Assembly (NCBI GenBank): GCA_030390025.1
Contig: CM059433.1
Span: 28,708,001 to 28,772,000 of the forward strand
DNA length: 64,000 nt
Reading direction: 5' to 3'
Source: Squalus acanthias
Lineage: Eukaryota
Below the pieces are notes generated by a model. It had not been told where the DNA came from, searched no databases, and was given only the letters and a program-made list of their open reading frames with translations. A program made the position numbers and the translations under genes. Every line of letters begins with the position of its first letter. The first letter of the stretch is position 1. Shown piece after piece: positions 13,035 to 25,343 of the stretch.

Positions 13035-13776
13035 GGCCCAAAATTTGCGGTCGAGGCTTCCCGCGGGCAGAGGCCTCCGACCTGTAAAAAATCTACGAAT
13101 TTACCTTGTGGTCCGGGAGGTACGTAGACTTGTGATCCTGGGCCTCTCCGGGTATGCGCGGACAGAGGCCCACATAACCCAGGGGCGCACGTGGTTCACA
13201 AGCGCCCCTGGATCACATGGGCCGGCCCAACCAATAAAAGAAGGGAATCCCCATTCATACTTATGGGAGTTGCGTACTTACGGGAACCCCATAAGTATGA
13301 ATGGGGATCACTTAAAAAATACACAAACACATGAAATACATTTTTTTAAATTACTTATTTAAAATTAATTAAAATGCCATTTCATTAAATATTTTAAACA
13401 AAAATTTAATTTTTTTAACATGTTTTAACGGGGCTAAAACTAAACTTACCCTATTGGACAGGGATTTTAATGTATAAATGAGTGATAAAATTTTATTTTT
13501 CTATTTTTAAAACTCTTATGCTGGTAAAAGCAGGCCTTACACCTGGCGTAAGAATTTCACGGGCATTCAGTGGGCGGAATTTGGTCAAACAGCGCAACTC
13601 TCCCCCCCGGAGGCCCTTTTCCCGGGGACGCGGAGGATCTGTCAAGAAGATTCTGACAGATTGCAAGTTCCGGGTTTTCACGCATGCGCTTTGCATGCCT
13701 AAACCTGGAACTTGCGCGGCCCCTACGGCCGCCTACACACCTCGTACGCACCCGAAGGGGTCGCAAATTACGGCTC
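13035..13776. mobile_element. Harbinger-type MITE with an internal 62-bp hairpin
   Basis: Imperfect TIRs ggcccaaaatttgcg / cgcaaattacggctc; GC-rich arms around an AT-rich core; palindrome at 13247-13308. Confidence 0.6.
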
Positions 13777-14144
13777 ATTATGTTTCCACCCGCCCCTTGA
13801 GCTAATATACAGTTTCTGTGAAGTCCAGAGTGTAGCAGTTAGTGTGTGAAAAGTGTAGCTTTTGTATGAAGACTCAGACTAGCACACAACTACTGTGTAA
13901 AAATGATAAAAATAGTAATTATGGGCACTGCTACCCTTTGTTGATCTATACATGCTAGACTGCAAAATCATCACAAAGAAGAAAATCTTCACAACCTAGA
14001 CATATAAGTTACAGCTGTGACAATTCTGCTTTTAATTTTAGCAATAAACAGTTGTCATGGAGCGGGCAAAAATTTATAATTAGCATCTGTTGTGTACTTA
14101 AATAAATTACTTAATAATTACTTATTTAAAAAAAAATGCATAAT

Positions 14145-14552
14145 TGGGATTGTTCTCCTTAGAGCAGAGAAAGTTAAGGTGAGATTTAATAGAGATGTTC
14201 TAAATTATCTGGGGTTTTCATTGAGTAAATGAGGAGAAACTGTTTCCACCGGCAGTTGGGCCGGTAACCAGAGGGCTCAGATTTAAGGTAATTGTTAAAA
14301 ATCCAGGGGGAAATGAGGAGAATTCTTTTTTACTCAGCGAGTTGTTGTGATCTGGAATGCGCTGCCTGAAAGGGTGGCGGAAGCAGATTCAATAGTAACT
14401 TTCAAAAGGGAATTGGTGAATACTTAAAAAGAGAAATTTGCAGGCCTATGGGAAAGGGCAGAGGGAGTGGGGACTAATTGGAGAGCTCTTTCAAAGAGCC
14501 AGCACAGGCACGGTGGGCCGAATGGCTTCCTTCTGTACTGTATGATTCTATG
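14145..14552 (+). mobile_element. CR1 3' fragment
   Basis: gagcagagaaagttaaggtgagatttaatagag...tctggaatgcgctgcctgaaaggg...atgattctatga tail. Same family at ~19865-20292, 40240-40475 and 53708-54130(-). Confidence 0.8.
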
Positions 14553-15205
14553 AATTTGCAGTAGCAAGATTTACCCAATGTGTGTAATGAAATACTCAAC
14601 TAATGCATTTCCCAATATTGTAAATCACCTTACAGTTATCTGAGGTACAACAACAACAACAACAACTTGTATTTATATGGCGCCTTTAATGTAGGAAAAC
14701 GTCCCATGGTGCTTCACAGGAGTGTTATAAAACAAAATTTGACACCGAGCCACATAAGGAAATATTAGGACAGGCGACCAAAAGCTTGGTCAAAGGGGTC
14801 TTTAAGGAGCCTCTTAAAGGAAGAAAGAGAGGTAGAGACAGAGAGGTTTAGGGAGGGAATTCCAGAGCTTAGGGCCTCGGCAGCTGAAGGCACAGCCACC
14901 AATGATGAAGCGATGAAAATCGGGGATGCTCAAGAGGCCAGAATTAGAGGAGCGCAGGTGTAAAACTTCAGAAAATCAACAATGTGGATGAACATTTAAT
15001 ACCAGTATTAACAGAAGGATTAAGGTTTGATGTTATTATATGTGAGAATCTGATCATTTTAGCTCAGAAAAATGCTGTCAAGATTCCAGCCATCCTTAGC
15101 CTTTTTGAATACATGGAAGTACACAAAATTTACAGCACAGAAACAGGCCATTCGGCCCAACTGGTCTGTGCCGGCATTTATGCGCCACATGAGCCTCCTC
15201 CCACC

Positions 15206-16245
15206 CCTGTTCATCTAATCCTAGCAGCACAGCCTTCTATTCCTTTCTCCCTCGTGTGTTTATCTAGCTTCCACTTAAAGGCATCTCTGCTATTCACCTC
15301 AACTACTTCATGCGGTAACGAGTTCCACATTCTAACCACAATATAATCTATAAAGTGGACTATTCGTAGCATCGTCAATCTCAGAAAAAGTCCAGACATG
15401 CATTTTTTCATGACAATTGTCAAATAGCTATTTTGAATTTGCATTTTTCTTGCCAGGCCTTAAAATAGATCTCATTCCACTACTTCAGATCGCTTCCAGT
15501 TATTGTGGCTGCCTTCACATTCGATAAGAAATAATGGTTTTGAAAGGTTTAGAAAATATTACCACATTTGGTGCAATCAACCTTAATCATATCACTGTGT
15601 TTTATCATTAAATCTGACACATTGATGCACTTATACATTTGCATCAAACTATAATTAAATACATCAGGTGCATAAAGATGGCAATGCTGCTTAATAAAAT
15701 GCTGCCATTAAATTGTTTTGGTTACACAATTACATTTTTACCCAAACACATCCAGATTATCTGCAATATAGCATTATTAATGATCAACATTATGTTTAGG
15801 TTATTTTAAACAATAACTATGAGCTGTGCTAATACAGTCTACACCTGGTAATTCAATCTAATTTTTCACTAACGCTTTCAAATTATCCAATGATTTGAAT
15901 TAAGTGATGTAAATAACACAGAAAAATAAATGGGAATTTAGTTTTGAAGGAAGCATTTAGATCAACATACAATCCAAATCAAGTGAATTTGAGTTAAGAG
16001 GAGCAGGTGGGGCCTTCGAAATACTGCCCTTCCTTTGTATAACCTGTTCATCTAATCCTAGCAGCACAGCCTTCTTTTCCTTTCTCCCTCGTGTGTTTAT
16101 CCAGCTTCCACTTAAAGGCATCTCTGCTATTCGCCTCAACTACTCCATGCGGTACCGAGTTCCACATTCTAACCACAATATAATCTATAAAGTGGACTAT
16201 TCGTAGCATCGTCCATCTCAGAAAAAGTCCAGACATGCATTTTTT
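15206..16245 (+). repeat. Dispersed direct duplication of ~203 bp (15206-15408 and 16043-16245)
   Basis: Both copies contain the same CR1 fragment plus the same adjoining non-CR1 sequence (aatataatctataaagtggactattcgtagc...), with only a few substitutions. Confidence 0.9.
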
Positions 16246-17076
16246 GATTAGTTCAGAACATGCTTCACAGTTGCATCCTCCTCCTGTGTTACTCTGCACA
16301 AGTTCTTCAGGATAGACCTGGAACACCCCTTTAATAAGCAAATTCCCCCCCGCCCCCTTTAATTTGTTTTCACCCATTTTACGATAGAAACAGGACCAAG
16401 ACCTAACAGCTTAAAAAGTCCATTGCTGCTTCCTACCAGTCTTGATTACCTGTTTACTTGTACCTCCTGTTTTTGTTGAACTTAATACCCAGAGGAAAGT
16501 AACTCACTTCCAAGTTATTAAATGTTATATATGGTACCATGGTTCACATCTTGTATCAAGAGGCAGTCACTGATTACCACTATGAAATTTCTTGTACTTT
16601 CCTCCCTTACTGCCCTTGTTTGCCCGTGTTAACTCTGATATATTGAAATGGCCCAAGATCATCACGTCACCTTTCTCTGCAGGTTCTCGTATTTGTCTTA
16701 ATCAATAGCAGTTGGCAGTTGTTACTTGGTTGGATTTATCGTTGCCAATTTCTACCCCAATCTCTTCCATTGCTTTTCATATTGTTATATCCATTCTTTC
16801 AATAAAAAAAAGAAAGACTTGCATTTATATAGTGCCATTTCACAACCTCAGGACGTCCCAAAGCGCTTCAAAGTCAATAAAGTACTTTTTGAAGTGTAGT
16901 CACTGTTGTAATGTGGTAGATGCGGCAGCCAGTTTGCGCACAGCAAGGTCCCACAAACAGCAATGTGATAATGACAAAATAATCTGTTTTAGTGATGCTG
17001 GTTGAGAGAAAAATATTGGCCAGGACACCTGGGAGAACTTCCTTGCTCTTCTTCGAAATAGTGCCTGGGATCTTTT

Positions 17077-17620
17077 GGGGGAAAAATTGGATGGCGCCCC
17101 TCTTGGGGCACTAACGTTGCCCAAAAAAATTAGCGTCCCTCTGTCGGAATTTCAGTTGTAGCGCCCCAAGGGGAGGTGGAGCACTACTGGAAGTGCTCCA
17201 CCTCCTTCTTGGGGCACTACAACTGAAGATCGCGGCACTACATGCAATAGCGCCAGGCGCGTCAGCACATAGCGCCGTGTCATTGCAGGCCACCTCCCCT
17301 GATTAAAGGGGAGGGACCTAGCGCAGCACACACCGGGGCCCTGCTGGACCACTGGAGAGCGGGGTGCCGTGAAACAGCAAGAGGAGTGCCAGGCTGAGCG
17401 ATCGCGGCTGGCACCCCGAGAATAAAAAGGGGAAGGGGGCAGGTCCTGTCAGTCGGCCCCAAAAAAAATGGCCGCCCGACACCTTCCCCTTTTACTAGCG
17501 CCGCCGCCGCTGCAAAAACACCCTCTGACCCTGTTGGATATATCGTCCGGTGATAGGTCAGGGGGTGCAAGGGAAATTTATGGCCGGGGCGCGAGCGGGG
17601 AGCTGCGCACGGTGATGACC
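17077..17620. mobile_element. Truncated GC-rich Harbinger-type MITE adjoining a SINE fragment (16805-17076)
   Basis: Starts gggggaaaaattgg and is colinear with 42916-43656 and 49605-50365. The second terminus is missing. Confidence 0.75.
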
Positions 17621-18470
17621 ACACAGGAAGAGGCCAAGATGGATCATCCACTCGGCACCTCTGGCTGAAGATGGTGGCAAACGCTTCAGTCTTGTCTTTT
17701 TGCACTCGCGTGCTAGGCTCTGCCATCATTGAGGATGGGGATATTCATAGAGCCTCCTCCTGTTAATGGTTAATTGCCCACCACCATTCATGACTGGATG
17801 TGGCAGGACTGCAGAGCTTTGATCTGGCCTAATATTTTCTCTTTCTATTTCTTCATCAGCTGTTACCAATGTTTATCAAAACAGTCCTACCCCACTTCAA
17901 CCCCAATTAATCCCAATTAACGTTTGCTCCAATAGTTTCACTGCCTGTTTTTATATTCTGACCAATTGTGTAAGTTACTTGTACCTGAGAAAATTCCCTG
18001 GTTATCGAGAAAACTAATTCCTCCTGTACGCAACATTTTATCAACCACTCTTAAAAGTCAATTATCTGCTCCTTCTTTCCATTCACCCAGATAGCAGTTA
18101 CGGCTCTTGTATCTTCTCGCAGGCATGACCAAAATTTATTGGAATATCTTCATGTCATGCAGCTAATGTTTCCCATTTGCTTCCATTAACTCCTCGTTTA
18201 AGTTGGTTTATGTGCTTGCTTCTTCTGCTTTGCATTATTTAAAGTCACATGGCCTGACTCCGTATAACAAAAAACTTCTAAATATTTTTCCTCCAATTTT
18301 TAAAATTTTCCCTCTCCCTTAAGATTATACTCCCCAGTACATGTGTGTCAAGAAGATACAGTAATGATAGAGTATAATCTCCTAAAGTCGAACTTTTTTA
18401 GGTAGTACTAAGAATTTTTAGGTTGAAATTGTGCTGCCTTCCTTTAGCAATGAACAACACATTAATGTGG

Positions 18471-18654
18471 GTCAGGCAGTATCTGTGGAGAGAGAAACAG
18501 AGTTAACGTTTCAGGTCTAGTTCTGACGAAGGGTCATCGACTTGAATCGTTAACTCTGTTTCTCTCTCCACAAATGCTGCTTGACCTGCTGAGTATTTCC
18601 AGCATTTTCTGTTTTTATTTCAGATTTCCAGCATCCGCAGTATTTCGCTTTTGT
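18471..18654. mobile_element. Penelope-like fold-back insertion, family A (hammerhead core mutated)
   Basis: Inverted arms around ctgacgaagggtcatcgacttgaatcgtt; 15-bp TSD aacacattaatgtgg (18456-18470, 18655-18669). Confidence 0.75.
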
Positions 18655-20659
18655 AACACATTAATGTGGTCCCACACAATTCCTCTATTTTCTATTTTAA
18701 TGAATTGCTTTCAGACCATTGAGTATTTTTGGCTCACAGAAGCTTGGTATTTATATATCACCTCATCGTGTCATCAAAAACATATCAAGCCCTCTTGCAA
18801 AATGAATTACTTTTGGAGTGCAATGATTGTTGTGTTGGCAAATATGGCAGACGTGTTGTACCAGCAACACCCCACAAACAGCAAAGAGATGCACAAAGAG
18901 TGATTCTGTGTTGTTGATGGTATTGGCTGAGAGAAGAAAGTTAGCAAGGATAGGAGAATTTCCTGCTTCTCTTCAATTAGTGTCACGGAATCGTTAACAT
19001 CCACCCAGCGAGGGAGATGGAACCTCGGTTCAACGTCCCATCTAAAGAGAATTGGCTCTTGGGAGACTTGATACGGCACGTGTCCAGTCAAGGCAGAACA
19101 ACAAGAAAAGGTACATTTAGAATTCCACTTGAAATCAAATCTTAACACGAAGACAAAGTGATGCAGGTTAAAACTAGTAAAAGGCAATCTTAGACCTCGT
19201 GTGAGGAAATCCTAATTCACACAGGCGGCTAGAAATGACTGTGGAGGAATTTTAAATGGGGTAACGCCTCTATTAAGAGTGGAGAAAAGAATATCATACA
19301 AATTCATTAAGCACTCATTCACTATTTTTACCAACAGTAATTTTTATCCTAAAGAGTGATTAACACATGGAATGGACTTCCAGATAATATAGTGTAGGTA
19401 AAGCCTCTGGAATCCTGTCAGAAACTGTTGCATGTTGAGACTGAAGACTGTAGGGGCCTTCTGGATAGATACGTTAGGATGTGCTAAACAGCTTTCCCCA
19501 TCTGTATTGATCTATGGCCACCACCAACGTAGCACTCCTTCCTTGGAGTGTCAGGCAGATTGTGTGCTCAAGTCATGTTGTGGCGCTAGAGTCAGCACCT
19601 TTTCCCACATTACAACAGTGACTACACTCCAGAAGTACTTCATTGGCTGTAAAGCGCTTTGGAATGTCCGGTGGTCGTGAAAGGTACTATAGAAATGAAA
19701 GTTTTTCTTTAGAGGTGAGAAAGCTACCAACTAAGCTGAGCTGACAAGGGCAAAACTGGAAGCCCAAGTTAAAGAAACAATGCACAGTTTGAAAATAGTT
19801 ATCAGGGCATGCAGTAATTTGGAAAGCAGAGAAGTAGAGTTGGCTGGAGCGCAGGAGCTTCCCTGTACTATAGGCGGAGGAGCTGGGAGAAGCTGGGGTT
19901 GTTCTCCTTGGAGCAGAGAAGGTTAAGGGGAGATTTGATAGATCATGAAGGCTTTTGATAGGGTAAATAAGGAGAAACTGTTTCCAGTGGTAGAAGGGTC
20001 ATAGCCAGAGGACACAGACTTAAGATAATTGGCAAAAGAACCAGAGGTGAGCTGAGGAGAATTTTTTTTACGCAGTGAGTTGTTATGATCTGGAATGCAC
20101 TGCCTGAAAAGGCGGTGGAAGCAGATTCAATAATAGCTTTCAAAGGGGAATTGGATAAATACATGAAGAGGAAAAAATTACAGGGCTACGGGGAAAGAGC
20201 AGGGGGAGTGGGAGTAATTGGAGAGCTCTTTCAAAGAGCCGGCACAGACATGATGGGCTGAATGACCTCCGTCTGTGCTGTATCATTCTATGCAAATCTG
20301 AGGTGCAACAGCACCACCACTGAAGATGTAATTACAGTGTGAAAAATTTACACAGGCAGAATTCATAATTGGGAAAGTTGGCCGAAGCATGTGCAGATGC
20401 AATTTAAAATATATATAGGTTAGTCTGGTTGATACTCTTTCAAAATCTTTTAAATTCTGGAAACTTTCTGGATGTTATGCGAGAAAAATCAAAAATTGCT
20501 ATCGACTATAACTCAAAATAAAAATAGTTCTTAAACTGTAAAGACTCATTAAATCTAATCCAGACAGTGCTACCTACTCAAAAAGAACAATCCTAAGCAT
20601 GGGTCATATTTCTGCAAATAAAAAGAATCAATAAAATGGTGAAAATTCATTGAGAGCAT

Positions 20660-23390
20660 CAAAAAGGTTGTGTAAAAGAAAAGACAGTCATCCATGGCTA
20701 AGTAAAGAAATTAAGGATAATATTCGACTAAAAACAAGGGGTTATAAGGTAGCAAAATCTAGTGGGAGGATAGAGGATTGGGAAAACTTTAAAAACAGCA
20801 AAAAATAACAAGAAGATTGATTAAGAAAGGGAAGATAGATTATGAAAGTAAATTAGCAAAAAATATAAAAACAGATAGTAAGAGTTTTTATAGTTATATA
20901 AAAAGAAAAAGGGTGGCTAAAGTAAATGTTGGTCCCTTAGAGGATGAGACTGGGAAATTAATGGTGGGAAATATGGAGATGGCAAATACACTGAATGAAT
21001 ATTTTGTATCAGTCTTTACAGTAGAGGACACTAAGAATATCCCAACACTGGACAAACAGGGGGCTATAGGGGGGGGGAGGAGCTAAACACGATCAAAATC
21101 ACTAAGGAAGTGGTACTCGGTAAAATAATGGGACTCAAGGCGGATAAATCACCTGGACCTGATGGCTTACATCCTAGGGTCTTGAGGGAAGTGGCGGTAG
21201 GGATTGTGGATGCATTGGTAATAATTTTCCAAAACTTCCTGGACTCAGCAAAGATCCCGGCAGACTGGAAAACTGCTAATGTAACACCCTTATTTAAAAA
21301 GGGCAGTAGACAGAAGGCTGGAAACTATAGACCGGTTAGCCTAACATCTGTGGTAGGTAAAATTTTGGAGTCCATTATTAAGGAGACAGTAACGGGACAT
21401 TTGGATAATCATAATTTAATAGGACAAAGTCAGCATGGTTTTATGAAGGGGAAGTCATGTTCGACAAATTTGCTGGAGTTCTTTGAGGAAGTAACACACA
21501 GGGTGGATAAAGGGGAACCAGTGGATGTGGTGTATTTAGACTTCCAAAAGGCATTTGACAAGGTGCCACACAAAAAATTATTGCTTAAGATAAAAAATCA
21601 CGGGATTGGGGGTAATATTCTGGCATGGATAGAGGATTGGCTATCTAACAGAAGGCAGAGAGTTGGGATAAATGGTTCATTCTCAGACTGGCAATCAGTA
21701 ACTAGTGGTGTTCCGCAGGGGTCAGTGCTGGGTCCCCAACTCTTTACAATCTATATTAACGATTTGGAGGAGGGGACCGAGTGTAACATATCAAAGTTTG
21801 CAGATGATACTAAGATGGGAGGGAAAGTAGTGAGTGAGGAGGACATAAAAAATCTGCAAAGGGACATAGACAGGCTAAGTAAGTGGGCAGAGATTTGGCA
21901 GATGGAATACAATACTGGAAAGTGTGAGGTTATGCACTTTGGCAGGAAAAATAGTAGAGCAAGTTATTATCTAAATGGCAAGAAACTGGAAAGTACTGAA
22001 GTACAAAGGGATCTGGGGGTCCTGGTGCACGAAACTCAAAAGGTTAGTATGCAGGTGCAGCAAGTGATTAAGAAGGCCAATGGAATGTTGGCTTTCATTG
22101 CTAAGGGGATAGAATATAAAAATAGGGAGGTATTGCTTCAGTTGTACAAGGTATTGGTGAGACCGCACCTGGAATACTGCATACAGTTTTGGTGTCCATA
22201 CTTAAGAAAAGACATACTTGCTCTCGAGTCAGTACAAAGAAGGTTGTGGAAGTGCAGTTTTTGTCTCGGACAAAATAGTTTCCTTGAATTTAAACTAATA
22301 AAATGGCCGACTCTGACTTGTGTGGAAAAGGGAAAAAATCCATTGTTATGTTCTTTTCTGAAAATAACTTTAAAGTCTTAGACTATGCTGTCAGCAAAAG
22401 TCTGCCTGCAATAAAGAAAACAGGCTTAATATTGAGATAACCAAGGGCTAGTAAAGTAAACAAACCAGGCGCCTTGGCCTTGGTGAGAGAAGTAAAATAG
22501 ATAGACTCCATTTTATAGAGATTAGCTAGTCTCATTGTAAGGCATTTCTAATGTGTTTTTTCTAATTGTTAACTTAGCTTACCTTAAACAACATGTCATG
22601 TGATATTATACTGTATAAGAATACTCCATTTTCTGTGATTCGGCAGTCTGTCATCATAGCTAATTGGGCTATGGTTGCAGTCTCCTTGCAAGTAAAATAT
22701 AATAAAAAGCCTTCTTTGACGATATTGTCTACAAGAGTCTTTAATCGGAAGTCGAAACTTCGACAAGGTTCACTCGGTTAATCCCGGGGATGAGGGAATG
22801 GACATATGAGGAGAGGTTGGGTAGATTGGGACTCTACTCATTGGAGTTCAGAAGAATGAGAGGCGATCTTATTGAAACATATAAGATTGTGAAGGGGTTG
22901 GATCGGGTGGATGCGGGGAGGATGTTCCCGATGATGGGTGAAACTAGAACTAGGGGGCATAGTCTTAGAATAAGGGGCTGCTCTTTCAAAACTGAGATGA
23001 GAAGGAACTATTTCACTCAGAGAGTGGTAGGTCCATGGAATATGCTGCCCCAAAAAGCTGTAGAAGCTACATCATTACATAAATTTAAAACAGAAATAGA
23101 CAGTTTCCTAGAAGTAAAGGGAATTAAGGGTTACGGGGAGCGGGCAGGAATTTGGACATGAGTCTAGGTTCGGATCGGTCATGGCCCTGTGGGTAGCGTA
23201 GCGGGCCCAGGGGCCGTGTAGCCTGATCCTGCTCCTATTTCGTGTGTCCAATTCTGTTAGGTTCAGGAGATGGTTCTGTGATAGTAGATTGGCGGTTAGG
23301 ATCAGATCAGCCATGATCTTATTGAATGGCGGAGCAGGCTCGAGGGGCCAATTGGCCTACTCCTGCTCCTATCTCTTATGTTCTTATGTT
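20660..23390 (+). mobile_element. CR1 LINE with a long RT ORF (21110-22244), interrupted by a solo LTR
   Basis: ORF 21110-22381 has the full run of RT motifs up to LESVQRR. CR1 resumes at 22766 (ggttcactcggttaatcccggg) and ends ...ctatctcttatgttcttatgtt. Confidence 0.95.
22245..22765 (+). mobile_element. Solo LTR (521 bp) of an ERV or LTR retrotransposon
   Basis: Begins TGTGGAAG and ends CTTCGACA (TG...CA with a short inverted repeat). 4-bp TSD AGGT (22241-22244, 22766-22769). AATAAA at 22701; TATA-like motif at ~22614. Confidence 0.85.
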
Positions 23391-23904
23391 AAAAAAATGG
23401 AATTCAATGTTCAAATGTCCGAACACGTCAAGCAGACTCAATCTATTACTCAAGCACTCACATAGTTATATCAGGCACTGTTAGTCTGCAGGTTAGCCTC
23501 TTAGAAAGAAATGCCATCCCATAGTCCCCGATTTCTAGCAAGTTAACAACACATTTTCCCTTGATCCAATCGACCCAATATAGTAAAATAAGTTGGCAAG
23601 GATGGCGTTTGAATTACACCTTAAAAACCATGTCAATAAAAGAAAGACTTGCATTTCTACAGCGTCTTTCATGACCTCAGGGCGTCCCAAAGCGCTTTAC
23701 AGCCAATGAAGTACTTTTGTAATGTAGGAAACGCAGTAACAATCCATTACTCTCTAACACATATACAGGACGTGTTTTGTACAATATCAGTGCTGCATTT
23801 ACTGTACCATCATACATTATGTATAATTACGTCGAATTTCCAGCACAGAAACAGGCTATTCGGCCCAGCTGGTCTATTCCGATTGTCATGTACTGCCTTT
23901 AACA

Positions 23905-24014
23905 CGACAGCTCCGAAAGCTTGTAATTTTAAATAAATCTGTTGGACTATAACCTGGTGTTGTGCGACTTCTCATTTTTGTCCACCCCAGTCCAACGCCG
24001 GCATCTCCACATCA
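23905..24014 (+). mobile_element. Single-arm fragment of Penelope-like family B
   Basis: gctccgaaagcttgt...aaataaatctgttggactataacctggtgttgtgcgacttctc...gcatctccacatca matches the arm of 35763-35976. Confidence 0.75.
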
Positions 24015-24774
24015 TTTTAACCAGGTGGGCAGACACTCGGGTTATTCCACACGTGTCTCCTCCCACCCTACTTCATCTCACCTTGTCGGGAATTCGTCTC
24101 CATCAGAAGGGCGTCAGTTCTGAATGTAACTTATAATAGATATAATGCGATATAAATGCAAGACTTTCGTCCTTTCTTTCATTACTGAAGTACATCAAGG
24201 TAAAAGATTAACCACCATATTAATTCTCGGGTGGAAAATGTGAACTGTTCTAAATACCACCGCAATGCCCTTGTACATGGAGATAGCCAGTAATCTCCGT
24301 GACTGTACGCCATTGCAAAAAATACCGCTCGATGGAAAAATCTCCTCTTACATTTTTAACACATTTTTGAGGCGTGTATAAAGAAATATTCTTTTGAAAA
24401 AGCTGGTTAAATAATGCCATTATCACTGAGCTCAATCTACATATGTTTAAGGAAGCACATTTATTTACGAATGATTCAGCTTTTATTGACTTGATACTTA
24501 GAGACCAATGGAAAGGTGAGGAAGAGTGACCCAGATTCATTGATCACCGCGGACACTTGTGAAGATTTTCTTTCAGTATAAATCCTGCTCCAGCAGAGCT
24601 CGCACCCTGGTCTGCACTATAGTTTGCTGATCCTCCATCACTCTCATCAGCAGGCCTCTGTGATCAGTAAGGTAAGGAACAGATCATGTGCGACAATGGC
24701 AATCATGCCAGTTTTATCCCTGTTTTTCTACTGCACGGCACTCCGCAATGAGAAGTGCTAAAAGTCACCCAATT

Positions 24775-25172
24775 GAAGAGTTACCAGTATCACAAGAACC
24801 AACAGTATCACTAGAAAGACCAGAATTACTAGCACCACCGGAGGTATCAGTATCGCTCGTGTTATTGGCATCAGTAGAACTACCAGCATCTCAAGAGCTA
24901 CCTGTACTGCTAAAGTGACAAATATCACTAGAATTTCCAGCACCACTGGAAGTACCAGTACCACTAGACTTAACAGTACTACTAGAATTACCAGTACAAC
25001 TAAACTTACTAGTATCACTAGAATCACCAGTATCACTAGAATCAGTAGAATTACCAGTTTCACTAGACTTAACACCATTTAGCTTTCAGTATCACTTGAG
25101 TTACCAGTACCACAAAAACCAACAGTACCATTAGATGGACCAGAACCACTAGACCTACCAGATCACCAGCAC
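24775..25172. repeat. Degenerate ~18-bp minisatellite (consensus accagtatcactagaatt)
   Basis: Recurring ccagtatcactagaa units; the block at 24778 is repeated at 25098. Confidence 0.7.
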
Positions 25173-25343
25173 TTTCTGTGAAAGTGCAATTATTTAATGA
25201 AAGCACTTGTTACTGTCGTACATTTACTGCTTCTTTTTCACACTTCTATTTCATTTTTTTATTTTAATCTTGTCTTACCAAAAATGCTTCCCAGTTCTGC
25301 TCCATGTATTTTTTGATTTCTCACTTCTGCTCCTAAACACTTT

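Noticed and set aside
22245..22381. Novel C-terminal extension of the CR1 RT ORF (LWKCSFCLGQ...)
   Set aside because: It is read-through into the inserted LTR.
24758..25078. Hydrophobic multi-pass membrane protein ORF (LVILVILV...)
   Set aside because: It is an artefact of the 18-bp degenerate repeat read in one frame.
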